64,000 nt of DNA. Origin: Octopus vulgaris. Lineage: Eukaryota. Both the position numbers and the translations under genes were made by a program. Location: positions 27,590,001-27,654,000 of the forward strand of contig OX597822.1 in the NCBI GenBank assembly GCA_951406725.2, written 5' to 3'. Below are positions 13,024 through 26,629 of the stretch, one piece after another; positions within the stretch are counted from its first letter, which is position 1, and each line of letters begins with the position of its first letter. The notes under the pieces were generated by a model. The model did not search any database. It had not been told where the DNA came from and saw only the letters and a list, made by a program, of their open reading frames with translations.

Positions 13024-13123
13024 TTTTTACTGATGAAGTGTAACCTATGGTAGATTAGCTTAATTTAATTTAATTAAGCTAATTTAATCATTAATGACAC
13101 AGAAACGTTGCAACGTCTAAAAG
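13024..13123 (+). ncRNA. Type I hammerhead ribozyme with extended stem II
   Basis: ttttta-CTGATGA-a-GTGT...ACAC-a-GAAAC-gttgcaac-GTC-taaaag. Stem III is the palindrome ACGTTGCAACGT; predicted cleavage after 13117. Confidence 0.8.
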
Positions 13124-13244
13124 ATGAATTAGGGTAAATGTTTTTGAATTTTCACCTAATTTCTGAATTACTACTACTTGGCGGTGTGAGTTATGGCTGC
13201 TCTTTCTGGTGGACGAATGACCTGTTAGGGTCATTCCTAAATTG

Positions 13245-13337
<93 letters not shown>

Positions 13338-14928
13338 TGTATAATATTCAGAAAATAATTTTTGGCTATAAACAACCATAGGATTGGAGTCGTTAAAATC
13401 ATGTGTTCTGATCTCAACACTCCTATCTATGATGAAAGTGTTATATTCCTGATGAACTCTCAGATTTTGGTGCCTCTATTTTTTTCATCGATACTGTGTT
13501 TTGTGATATTGGTTGCTACCCTTAGCATGGAACGACCTCGTCATGATCTGCTTATCGGCTACATAGTTTTATACATGCACATAAATTGACTCATAATACT
13601 AATATAAATTTCAATATGAATATAAATATATCGTTTTGCTAATAAATTTGGTACCTTGGGTAACTGAAGTGTAAAATGTGGTGTGTATTTTAAGTATAGA
13701 AACACTTTCATGCACACACCAATACATATACATACACAAGCACACACACATATATAAATAGACCGAAGTGAACGTACGCCGCTATATTTTATATATAAAA
13801 ATACAAAATTGGGACAAGAACGCAAAACATCCAGACATTTGGGTGAAACGAAAAAAGGAAAACAAAATATCCAGAAAGACGATACAAGGAAAAGAAGGAA
13901 GGATCATTCGGAGTTTTCTATCCTCAGTCGAGTTCCAGATTATCTTTGCAATTGCGGCTGGTTATACTCGAGATTGCTCTAATCTGGTCAGCCCCAAGGA
14001 AAAATATGCTAAGAGCATATATGTATATACATATACACACACACAAACACACGCACACACACACACACTCACACATACACACACACATGCGTATATATGG
14101 TAGTGCGCCTATAATCGATTTTGCACCGTTTTTTTCTCTTCAGTTACTTAAAAGGCAAAATTTAAATATGATTTCTCTACTCCATTAGTTCACAAAGTGC
14201 CATTTGCAAACTATTGTTATTTAGTTATATATAAAAGAAATATATATATATAAAACAGGAGTAATAAAATCAATAAGTATGAAAAGCACTTGCTTTGATT
14301 CCTTTTCTCATCACGAACTGTAAATCTGAGGATATTTATAGAATATAAAGAACTATGTGCCCAGTGTATTTTTGAAATGGGGCGATTGTGTCACGTTTGA
14401 TATTTACTCATGTGCCTGTGAACGACTGTCTGTGTAGCGAATATGTACGTGGTATCCCAATTAAAAATTACATTCATATCACACTCTATACCTTTCAGAA
14501 AATAAACTGCATTGGACAATACAAATCATGGTATGCATATTAACAGGATGTTTACACATGGAACTCCACTGTAGCATCCGTTTGCTTGATCACAGCAATA
14601 ATACCAGAAATAAGACCATCAAGAAGGGTAGTAAGAACATGACCACAAACAAAAACGGTATCATGCAAAGAAGTATATTTAGGCAAAAATAAAAATCGAG
14701 TGGAGACGTTTAAATGATGGTAGTCTCTCGTAGTCCTAGAAATAAGGTTCTGCTATTTCTTGCTCAATCCACGCAAAATAATTTGATCATAGTGGGCAAG
14801 AATTTCTGTTGTACCTTATTTCACTCCCTCCACCCTTCAGGTGTCGAACTGACTGTAGAGCTACGGGAGTTGTAGTGTTTGTTTTTTCTCAAGAACACAA
14901 TACACCATCCGGTAAAGAATTGAAACTA

Positions 14929-15491
14929 TTGTGTTGTCCTGAAAGTTTGTGCCGATTTTTAAAGGAAAGAAGATCAATAAATACTTGCCATTACATTTTT
15001 AATCAACCAAATATGAACCATTTTATTGCAAAATGTGTCTCCATCTTTCCTTTATCTTGAAAATACCCTCTTCCTAGAATTGAGGTGGTTTCATGGCAAA
15101 GAATTCATCAAAGTATCTTTTTACGTCATCCAAGGAATTCAAATTTTTACCATTTAGACTATTCTGCAGAGACCTGAATAAGTGGAAATCTGAAGGAGCA
15201 ATATCTGGTGAATATGGAGGGTGGGGTAACACATCCCAGCCGTGCTGCAGCGATTTTTGTCTGGTTCCCAAAGTATCAAGTGCCGAAAATGAACTTTCTT
15301 ATCTTCCATTTTAAAGTGTTACAGAATTAACACAGGTTATAGGAACATAAACCTTCTTCCAGGAGAAGGTAGCTTAAACTGTGCTCTAAATGGAGGTGCA
15401 GTCAAATCCTATTTTATGGACTCACCCATGTTCTAAAATAAGTCGAAAGGTAAGCTACTATAAATCGGCACGAACATTCCGGACAACCCAA
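14929..15491 (-). mobile_element. Internally deleted mariner element, inserted in a tRNA-like SINE head
   Basis: TIRs TTG(T/G)GTTGTCC.GAA.GTT.GTGCCGATTT, TA flanks, and PHPPYSPDIAPSDFHLF. Confidence 0.9.
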
Positions 15492-17134
15492 TATGATCTC
15501 GCGTTCGTGGCTGCAACAACTTAACCATTAGGCCATGCGCCCTCACGAACGCTCCTCAATAGAATGTATTAAAGTACCAAACATAATTCAACGAAGACTT
15601 TGTTGATTATAAATTCCCCCACTGAATGTGTACCTGAAGTAATACCATATGGAATTTCAATAAGTTCTTTCCTGTAAGTATTGTAAGATGTAGTGGACAC
15701 AGGGTAGCCGAATGGTCAAAAAGATAGTTTCGCAATAAGAACGTTGCTGGTTCGATGCGAATACATGATTGTAGGGAAAATGGCATTTACCTTAGCTAGG
15801 AATCAGTGGGGAGGGAAGGATATGAGATATGCCAGCTGAAATGTCACTTTCAATACTATCTAGTAATGGACTTATTCTGGAAATGCTTTCTACGTACAAT
15901 ATGGAAAGTACAGTTAAAAACATTACGTCAAGGAAACTTGTAGATCATAAACGACGGACTGTACAATGTCTCTCAACAGAATGAATTCCAATAGCCAGAG
16001 GCAAGCTGATGGAATCATACCTGTCGCTAAGGAGCTACACTGGACGGCATTGCCCTCTCCTAATTCAATAGTGCACCCTCAGATTTACAGTAATACTCTC
16101 ATTTCAAAACTCCACTTTAGCAATATTAAACATTAGTGCCCGCTCAGAATATTCTGATGCCCCCCACCCCGCTAAGCACTAAAAGCTATCGAAGAGCCTG
16201 GGGAGGTCCTAGAGATGATCTAATGTATGATATCAATGCCTTTGAGAAAGGCATGTAAGTTAAATTGCACGTTCCAGGTATTCCTCTTTAACATTCTTCC
16301 TTTATAACATTCTTCATCCGTAACCTCTAACATTTTATTTCTTAACACATTTCTTTCTCCTATATATAACCTGTGCACCTGAAAAACTATTTCTATAGAA
16401 TAAATGATTATATACTTGAATGAGAATTCGAAGCACTAATTATACAGAAATAAAAAAGCGCGTTTAATGTTCATAGAATGTTTCAGTGTAAATAACAAAT
16501 TAAGAGAAAAGGCTTTGATGAATGAAAAACCTGTAGAAGAGAGGTTACTTACGGCTTAGCTTTTAACAAAGAAGGTTCACGTGATACTGGTATTTAATGA
16601 TGATTTCTGAATGGAAAACTATCGTGAATAAATGCCATACTAAATAGCTGTCAGTGACACCATGATGAGATGTCATTTTACACACAACCACAATTGGTAG
16701 ACAACGTGGTACGATGCAGGGATTCAAGATGCAAACGATGCCAAAGCGTCTTAGGAGGGTGAAGGAACGTATGGAGGAAAGAGGCAAGCTAAATATAATG
16801 TATTTCGTGGGACTGTTGACGATGACGACGATGATGATGATGTCGACAACGGCGATGATGATATTTTCCTCCAAAAGTTATAGAAGCAAAGTTCAATTTA
16901 TAATCAAAGCTGAATATTGTAACGCTTGTATTTTCTTTTTTCTCTTTTCTCTCGTTGGTTTTGGAAAGTGAATGTTCTGGAGGACTGCCTTTCAATGTTT
17001 TCATAAATCACACAGCTTCTTTCATCGTTCTAGATACATAGGATACGTCAATTGAACGTTGACTTAAGAGGAGATAACATAGTCATCCGTTCATACTGCA
17101 ATATATTTATGTTAGAATGCACCTGTTCTTATCC

Positions 17135-17175
<41 letters not shown>

Positions 17176-17622
17176 ATATGCTACAGATATCTGCCCAGTT
17201 TCCGTTTACCGAATATTACAAAGTATTGTTGAACCCGACGGTGTGGAAGGAGACACTTGTTGAAAGTGCCATAGCAGATATTGAATTCCTACTACACAGT
17301 GGTTATCTGGATTCCTTAACTGCATCGCCATCCCTGCGTATTCTTCCGATTTTTGAGAATATGCTTGCTGATGTTGCTTGAAATGATGCACGCGTTTGAA
17401 ATGTAATGGATCTTGAAAATGATAAATTCAAATTTAATTTATAGGAAAATACTTGGATTCAAGTAGAAACCCTATAATCGTACTCTAGGACAAACTAGAA
17501 GAGTAATTGGGGTAAACCTAGCGAAAAATATTATTACATTATACTAGGAAGTAAATGTATTCTGACTGATATATTAACTCTACTCTAGAGAATTCATACT
17601 TAAATTAATCAGATGAAATAAT

Positions 17623-17662
<40 letters not shown>

Positions 17663-17985
17663 CAGTGAGAAATGTTGCCTTTCGATAGGCCAACAAAATA
17701 AAACAGGCTGAGTTAAAAGATTTGAGTAAGAAGGTATTAAGACTACAACTGAAAGTATTTAAGCGAATTATAAAATAAATTGAAATCGAAATACAAACCA
17801 ACATAAGAACACGTTGGCAGTGTGAAACTAGTTTGAACAATACCGCAGTGGAAGAGAAGATTCAGGATCAGCTGTGAAAGGTGAGGCACAAAGCTGCGAT
17901 CGAACAAGGTCTGATTGAGGCGTCACATGTAAGTCTGGCATAAACGCCCAAAATTAAGTCATGAAATATAATTATAGACAATATA

Positions 17986-18390
17986 GGCGCAGGAGTGGCT
18001 GTGTGGTAAGTAGCTTGCTTACCAACCACATGGTTCCGAGTTCAGTCCCACTGCGTGGCACCTTGGGCAAGTGTCTTTTATTATAGCCTCGGGCCGACCA
18101 AAGCCTTGTGAGTGGATTTGGTAGATGGAAACTGAAAGAAGCCCGTCGTATATATGTATATATATATATATATGCGTGTGTGTGTTTGTCCCCCTAGCAT
18201 TGTTTGACAACTGATGCTGGTGTGTTTATGTCTCCGTCACTTAGCGGTTCGGCAAAAGAGACCGATAGAATAAGTACTGGGCTTACAAAGAATAAGTCCC
18301 GGGTCGAGTTGCTCGATTAAAGGCGGTGCTCTAGCATGGCCGCTGTCAACTGACTGAAACAAGTAAAAGAGTAAAAGAGTAAAAGAGTAA
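17986..18390 (+). mobile_element. tRNA-derived SINE, family A
   Basis: A box TGGCTGTGTGG, B box GTTCAGTCC, tail (GTAAAAGA)n. Confidence 0.9.
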
Positions 18391-18859
18391 TATGGGTATG
18401 TTATGTCTGCCGTTCTATTCTTTGCCAAAATGGAGTTGAAAGATCTGAAGACTTCATATGCCAAGAATATGGAATATGCATTCAAAAATCATTGTATAAA
18501 TATAAAACATAAAATGTATCCCATAATGTGGAAAATAACCAAAATCTATGATATATGCAGACAGAAATGATTACAAAAACTTTCCCAGATACATCGTTAA
18601 GTATAATCAGGTAAAGAAGAATATTTTCTAAACGACATGAGTTTTAATAGACAGCAATATTTCTCTGAATGATATAGAAAGATCTGTTCAAGCATGATGC
18701 ATTGAAATTCCATAAGATGCGTACTGAAAATAGAAGCAAAAGAAATAGGAATTAGTATAAAAGAGATGTGCAATTATATACGAAAAACCAAAGGAATAAC
18801 TCTAATTTATTTGCAAGGCCTAAATCAGAAACTAAATTAATTCAGTTCAAGAGACTACA

Positions 18860-19520
18860 CCGATTTCATTTTCCTGGTATTTCATTTTACCGATCCTAAA
18901 GTGATAAAAGAGGAAGTTGACCGCGGTGAGATTTGAATCCTGAATGTAAAGGAACGGAACAAATGCCGGAAAACATTTTTTCTAATGCTCTATCAATTCT
19001 GCTAGCTCGCCGATTTAATAGTTCTTTCTACAATAGGTACAAGGCCTGAAATTCTCTGGAGAGGTTCACTCAATGTCCTCAGTCGCAGTACTTAACTATT
19101 ACTGGGTTGTCCGGAAAGTTCGTGCCGATTTATAGTAGCTTACCTTTCGATTTATTTTGGAACATGGTTGTGTCCATAAAATAGGATTTGACTACACTTC
19201 CATTTCCGGACAATCCACTACTTATTTTATCGTTGCCCATTCGATAAAATATAATGTCAACCGCTACGGGATTTGACCTCAGAATATAAAGATAGGATAA
19301 ACGCCGCTAAGCATTTTGTCCAATGTGACAGCTCGCTGCCTTAGTATTAATTATTGTTTTAAATTGTGGCAAGTTTTGGAGGAAGGGATGTAGTGGATTT
19401 CCTATTCACCGAAAGGATGAGAAGTAGAATCAATCTCGGCGGGATTAGATCTCAGAAGCTAAAACCGGAAGAAATAACGCTAAGAATTTTGTTCTCTGCG
19501 CTAACGATTCTCCCAGTAAC
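18860..19520 (-). mobile_element. Cluster of degenerate family B SINEs; one is interrupted by a ~120-bp mini-mariner (19102-19218)
   Basis: Recurrent GGATTTGA.CTCAGAA..CGCTAAG.ATTTTGT motif. Mariner TIR CTGGGTTGTCCGGAAAG ... TTTCCGGACAATCCAC. Confidence 0.65.
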
Positions 19521-21224
19521 AAATGGATGAACGTGTTATAGGAGAACAATCAAACATTTTTTGTATCGATGGCTTCAAGACAAGATGTTACACACTGCAG
19601 ATGATAAGCATCCTGAAATAGCATTACAGACAATACATGGATTTCCTAGACGAATTTAGGCGAATTGTTAAGATTAGATAAATGTAACGAAGCAAAGTTT
19701 AAGAAAAAAAAAGAATTAGAAAATTAATTATGAACGCTAATATCATGTTAGATAAAGAGACTGCGATAAGAGAATTAATCTAAACACAGACTTATAAATA
19801 CTAAAGACTCAGTGAACCAGACAGACTAATACAGAACAGAAAGAATTAACGAAGCTAGAAAGAAAAATAAAACAAAAAGAATTTAGAATATCTGAATTCA
19901 GAATATGGTATTTAAAAAGCCTGATATAGAAAGATTATATACATTACTGGTGCAAGGAACTAGGAAATATCTAGTAAAAAAAACAAAGGCAAAGTATTGC
20001 AAATAGTTGTAAGTCACGTACAAAAAACTGGAGGGGGCTGATCCAAGAAGCTTAAAAATATATAAAAAATTATGAATTTATAGATGCTGCATTGACTGGC
20101 AGTTGTGAAAAGACAGGACAAATAAAAAGTAACATTATGAAAATGTTAAGAACCAAGTTTAAAATGGAGCTAGAGAATGATGCAATGTTAAAACTGATCG
20201 ATGGCTTTTCATGACCAAAGCTGAACAAAATAAACAGCGCAGAAGTAAACAAAGTAATAGCAATGTTTACTGAGAGGTATGGTTCTTGAAAGATTCTTGA
20301 TAGCGCACAGATACAAAGTATTCATACAAGAAAAGCTTAAAAGAATGCAAGAAAGCAGCCAAGTTCAAATCTGACTGAAGTCCACATTGTATTTCATCTT
20401 TGCGGGTTTGATACAAAGATCCAAATAAAAGTCAATGAATTGGTTGAACTGTAAAGAATATGGAGTTGGTTCCCTAACAATATTTGTTTTACATCTCTTT
20501 ACGTATTGATTTCATATACCACCATGACCTTCTTGTGTGCTATACTTAACTTGTCTCCAGACTTCTTACCGTGCTTGTTGCAAGTATTCGGGCCTATTTA
20601 TGATTTAAGCATACCACAATCGATCTCACTGAACCGTGTGACATTGCCTTCGATATTGTCTAAAAGATAAAAAAAACTACAGTATATAGAGATATTGGGA
20701 ATATACAGTTAACGACAGTGTCCCTTAAAATAAAAACATATGTGAAGTACTAGCAAGACAACAGTTTCGTTATTGCTTATAAGCAACTGAATATTCTTTT
20801 CAATGTACCGGGAGTCATGCTCGTGGTAGGACTGAGAATGGGATACCTCTTCAGGCTTTAAAGTCGTTTTCGGCAGAAACCTACACATTTTGGTGCTCAT
20901 ATTTACTTTTTGTCCCTTCATGCCTTCTCTTATAGCTTGTTTTCTATTCTCTTCTATGAGGAAGTGATCGAAAGCCAACGATCCATTGGAAGATAGAGAA
21001 AGGCGTACAAAGATAAAATTGCTGTCATCCTGCGAGTTGTTGTCAACATTGCGCTCTTCTCTTTGTTTATTTTTGTGTTGTTTATTTTGTCCAGTCTTGG
21101 CTGTGCAGGGACATTGTTCACATGGTTTTAACATTGCATTCTATACCTAAGGCATTCTCTGGCTCCATTTTAAACTTAATTTTTAGCATTTTACAATGTT
21201 ACTTGTTATTTGTTTTCTTGAGGC

Positions 21225-21505
21225 TTGGAAGCTCTGGCCAAAGATCGAAGTGGATATCGGACCATCGGCCATCCAGCATGTGAAACAGACGAGACAAAGC
21301 GCCGTCAATGGCTCGATGAGCGCAGAGTGAGGTGTGATACAGCTGCAGCTTGACCGACTCCAGCACCCAGCTTATTAGTTCCTTGTCCGATCTGTGAAAA
21401 CTCTGCCGCTCGGCTTCTGATCTCTGCACACATCAGCGTTCACTTACTGCGACTGGCACCGATTTGAATGAGTGTTGTTTTCTTCGAAGCCGCGAGAGCT
21501 CCAAG
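21225..21505 (+). mobile_element. RTE (BovB-like) LINE 3' fragment with C2H2 finger
   Basis: EALAKDRSGYR...ETKRRQWLDERR...CPICE/LCRSASDLCTHQRS, with one stop and one frameshift. Confidence 0.65.
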
Positions 21506-22250
21506 AAAGCGATAACTTGTGAATCAATTTTTTAAAGTTGTAACCTCAATTTTGTTTCAAAAGGTGCCGTTGGTTATGATAGAGTGAACAACTGTATCGT
21601 CACTGTCTTCTTAGAGTTTCAGGTGACGTCATTTTCAAATTTCAAAATTATGATCGAAGATGGTATGGAGACTAGAATTTGCTGCTCTCCTGTTTGATGT
21701 GGACAAACCTGTACCCCAACTCTCCCTCTCTGGTATTGCTGCCACAGCTAAGGAAAGGATTTCTTTTGGCAGCGCTTTGAGAACACCAATATTTCGTGGA
21801 AAATATTGTCCGAGATTCTTCAACTGTTCCTTTTCTGATTGTATTTGCTGCTAAAAGTCTTTGCTACAACTTGTGTAGCAACTTGGGCTTTTTGCCCTGT
21901 AGTACATTACAAGCCACATTGCCCCTTCTTTTGTATATTCGACAAGATATCATCCTGGTACGGTACTGTGATCTTTAAGAGTAGTCAGGCTGTATTCATT
22001 CAGTGAGATCCCACCCAATGTATTATTCTTCGACAATTCGGGATCTGCCAGGTATCAAAACATTGATGGTGAGGTGATGAATAACTTTACATTCGATATC
22101 TGTGACTTTCCTTTTTGTATTTCGTTGATCTAAGTATTACTGCAAAAGTGTGTGTACAGGAGTGGGACGTAACACCTTATCATTCCGTCTTTCATTTCTA
22201 ATATCGGATGTGTGGTTCTCTGACTCGTCACTTTTCCTAAAGCTAGCTAT

Positions 22251-22670
22251 AACAAGGCCTCAAATGTTGAGGTAGGAGACGAGTCGATTACATCAACCCC
22301 AGTGTTTCAATGGTACTTAATTTATCAATCCCGAGAGTATGAAAGGGAAAGTCGACCTGGGCGGAATTTGAACTCAGAAGGTAAAGACGGACGAAATGCC
22401 GCTAAGCATTTTGCCCGTCGTGCTATCGACTCTGCCAGCTCGCCGTGTTGATAATAATAATAATCCTTTCTATTATAGGCACAAGGCCTAAAATTTGGGG
22501 GGAGCGGCAGAGTTAGCTATATCGATTCCAGTGTTACCCTGGTACTTAATTTATCGCCTCCGAAATGATAAAAGGAAATGTTGATCCTAGTAGGATTTCA
22601 ACTGAGAAACCAAAGAAACAGAACAAATGTCAAAGGATATTTTCCCCGACACTCTAACAATACTGCTAGC
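22251..22670 (-). mobile_element. Two adjacent family B SINEs
   Basis: Head GGCGAGCTGGCAGA..CTGAGTTCAAATTCCGCC; central GTCGACTTT.CCTTTCAT..GATAAATTAAGTACC; tail GGCCTTGT. Confidence 0.8.
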
Positions 22671-23669
22671 ACACTATTACTTTATTGCTATATACTTGCA
22701 ATTAATGGTTAAATGTAATTATGCAGTCTTATGACGTGAGAATTAGTTAATGGTTCATTTCTTTAAAAATGTTTTGCCAACTGTTTATGATAATTGATAA
22801 TGAAGTGAATTAATTTCGAGTAAGAAATGAAACCAGATTACTCTCCTTGTAAAGAGTATATTTATTTATATATATATTTATTTACTTATTTGTTTGTTTG
22901 TTTGCTTATTTATTTATTGTAAAGAGATCATGTTAAAATCGTGAAATACAGCTCTATAAAATCTGTTCATGTGCTGCTGAGTTACTATGATAAACATTTA
23001 TGCAGCGTCCCAAGGTGCAACCGCATGTGTAGGCTGTCATTACTGAGAAACGTGTAAATTCTCTTATAAAAATTATTTGAGAAAATGTCAGAAAGCCTTT
23101 CAACAGATTTCTAGTAATATTGTTCAAAGGTGAATTTCACTGCAGTAATTAAGTTTTTCAGGGTGTTTATTCTCCTGAAACGTTCATCAGGTATCCTGAT
23201 AATATTGTTATCAAAGAGGAATAATTTTCTGATTCCATATCATGAACTGTTTTTCTTTTATGCTCTTTCGTTACAAATCGTAATACCATTCCTTTATAAT
23301 ATAATGATTACCAGTATCTGAAAACAATTCGTTATATGAATATTAGAATAACCGCCAGCAAACTCATTCATGGTGTAAAATACCATTAGTGGCTTTCGAG
23401 ATAATTTTTTAACTTCTGCAAATTTATGTCACAAGCATCATGATGATTGCTGCGATAGACCAAGGATTACCTTGTGCCATTGAAAATCATATCATCCAAA
23501 AACAAGTTGACAGTCCGCTCACACCCACATCGAAACACATATGCACGCGCACGCACATAAGTGGTGAGTATATAGAAATGTATAGAAATGTGCGTATATA
23601 TATGTATGTATATATTATTTATATATATATATGTGTGTGTGTATGCATGCATATAATATATATATATAC

Positions 23670-23722
<53 letters not shown>

Positions 23723-23725
<3 letters not shown>

Positions 23726-24810
23726 GGTTTGGACAAAATAATAGAAACACCAACCATCATAGCATCATAATTTTGAAATATCTATAAAACCATCCAGAGC
23801 TTGCTCATTTTTATGTTTTTTAATTTATTGTTAGTGTTGCCTAATATGTTTTGCTAAAATTGCTATTTCTTTTCAGATATCATCAGAAAAAAGGTAATCA
23901 GAATTCATTAAAATGACAGATCTATCGAACATTCAAAGAGGTCAAGTTGTCGGTGCCCGTATGCAGGCGCTAGCGTAACGAAAATAGCCGAACTGTTTGG
24001 TTTATCAAGAAGTACTGTCTCGAAAGTAATGACAACCTTTGAGAAAGAGGGAAAAAATTCCCCATCGAAATATAACTCCGGAAGAAAACCAAAACTTTCA
24101 GATAGGGACCGTCGGACTCTTACGCGAATTGTTAGAACGGATCACAAAAGTAGAGCTCTCAAAATTACTGCAGAGCTTAATGAGCAAAATGTTATTTTCT
24201 CGGAGGAGTCATACCTTACCTTATTTCTGACCACCAGCCGAGTATACGTGTGGAGACAGCCAAAAGAAGCATTTGACCCAGACTGCCATCTTCCAGCTGT
24301 TAAACATGCAGGAGGATCTGTGATGATATGGGGAAGGGCTATATCTTGGAAATTTGCCGGCACAATGGTTTCCCTTCATGAAAGAATTAATGGCCAAGAC
24401 TATTTAAGCATGTTATCTCATCAAGTACATCCTATAGTTCCGGAAGGAAACGCAGTCTTTCAGAATGATAATTCACCAATTCACACAGCAAAAGTTGTTA
24501 TTGAATGGTACGAGGAATATTGTAGTGAAGTTGAACATCTTATCTGGCCACCACAATCCCCAGATCTCATTTATGGAGCATTTTAGAAAAAGAAGTAAGG
24601 AGTCGATATCCTCCACCATAATCACTTCAAGAGGTGGTGACTGTTTTACATGAAGAATGGACAAAAATTCCTTTGGAAACAATTCAAACTTTGTACGAGT
24701 CCATACCTCGTAGAATTCAAGCTTTAATTACTGCCATAGCAGTCCTACCCCATATTAAAATTAATTTGTTTGAAATTTTAAGGTGTTTCCATTATTTTGT
24801 CCAACTCCTC
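23723..24810 (+). mobile_element. Tc1-like DNA transposon, decayed and internally deleted
   Basis: TIRs CAGGGTTTGGACAAAATAATAGAAACACC / GGTGTTTCCATTATTTTGTCCAACTCCTC, TA flanks. Motifs SGRKPKLSDRDRR, VKHAGGSVMIWG, FQNDNSPIH, WPPQSPDL. Confidence 0.9.
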
Positions 24811-26629
24811 TATATATTGCATGTTACAATTTGTAATGCGGTCAAGAAATCTACTGCAGTACATCAAACTGTGCCATAACGATGGTATAAGGGTTTCGTA
24901 TACTGTTGAGAGTAATTCTATGTTGTCCTTGAGCAGAGCAACATATTTTAATGTAACAGTGTATATTTTACATGAACTTTTGTAGTTAAAGTATTTTTGA
25001 TTCCGTATTGATGCATCAGGTAACATTGCCATAAATATGAGATAAGGTGAAAGTAAATGTGTGACAGTGTGAAATGTGGGAAAACGTGAGTGCGACATTT
25101 GAGGTAGAATATCATTCATTGTTTCCTAGCGATATACATATAATTATGGATTTCATTATCAAAGTAGATCTAGTTATGAATAACAGCTGCTTCTCTTTTT
25201 GAATTTCTTCCTTCAGTTCCGTTCTTCATAAACATCAGACGTGAGTAAGGTTAATCTAACTTTGAAAGCATGTGCACTCATCTCTGTAAACTCACAACTA
25301 TGAATGTCAGCAAAATATAATTTCTCGTGCTCTATTACGCTGCCTTCCTGCTGTTGCTATGTAATTTATGAGTTTCACTAGTTGCATTTATTATCTCTAC
25401 CACAGTTTCAGCGCGTTGTGGAAATCCAGCATAAGCGTCCATGTTGTATTTGTTGCTTCGTGGTGGTAGTCGAATGTATCATACATATTTCGCAAGATTA
25501 CTATCTTTTAAACCATAGGCTGGAATTTAATTAGCATGGTTATGGGAAGAACCGAAAAAGATGATTCAGCTTACACTGGAGAAAAACGTTTTGCTGATAC
25601 TTTTGCATGTATTACATGTTATTAACAATCGACGTTTAGATCTTGATCTTGTCTTTAAAGGAGAAAAGTGTCAATTAAATGATGTCAATTGATTATTCCT
25701 TTTTGAAGAAAGCGAATATTCTTGGACACTATATATTAGAATTCTATCTTAAAATGCATAGATGCGCAGAAGCAATTTCTCTCTAAAAATACAGAACAAA
25801 TATCGCTTCAGGGATGTGCTTTTTACGTTATGCTTCTTTCCTTACTAAAAAGGAATCGCTATTTTATCTCTTCAGTCTTGAGTCTTATTTTCTACGACGT
25901 ATTAAGGATGCTTATATTGTCAAGCCACAATAAAAAATAAAGATAGATCTAACTTGATAGTTTGGCAGTAATAGATTGGAAATAAATTTATTTCGTGCTT
26001 TATTTTATTATTTGCTTTTATGTGTATTTAAAAGGTAATATTTTAGAATAGAAAACAAATATAGTGAACATAGAAACTACATCGCTGGTGAAATAAGATT
26101 CTAATATTACATCGTTGGTTTGGTAGTAATCTATTGAATAGCTACAAGGCCTATATGGGATAGAAAAGCGAAATGAAATGATATTTATGAGCTTCCTGAG
26201 GTTTTTACCATTTAAACCGAGGTGCAACAATTGGAATTAAATTATTGATTTCGGTTCAACAAGATAAGCTTCTTGGTCTATAGTTTCAATTGTTTTATGG
26301 TAACGTCCACCTGGGAGAAAGTGCGTATTTATCGACTGAATGTGAAAATTATTTTCGTCTTCATCAACATACTGTCCAGTAGAAACCACAATATAAGCTT
26401 TTTCGGAGAAAGAAATATGTTTTGCAGTTTCGCTATGCACATATACATATACATACATACATACGGTCATACATACATCCATACTTACACATTTACATAT
26501 ATGCATACATTCATACATGCATAATACACATATACATACATACATACATGCATAGACACACACATACATACATAGTTACATAGATACATACATACATACA
26601 TATAGCAACAAAAATAAATATATAAATGC

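Larger units (their letters stand above)
12221..13248. mobile_element. ~1-kb foldback of a 474-bp circularly permuted, hammerhead-containing unit (retrozyme/pLTR-like)
   Basis: 12221-12281 repeats at 12695-12754. 12765-13248 is the reverse complement of one whole unit. (TA)n on both sides. Confidence 0.9.

Noticed and set aside
17930-17972. CTGATTGA-GGCG..CGCC-CAAA hammerhead-like string
   Set aside because: The core has an insertion, G12 is missing and there is no stem I.
17986-18062. tRNA gene (also 41351-41420 and 53329-53402)
   Set aside because: A/B boxes continue into SINE bodies present in multiple copies; these are SINE heads.
21560-22130. Decayed LINE RT on the minus strand
   Set aside because: Only a faint YLGS-like trace; too degraded to call.
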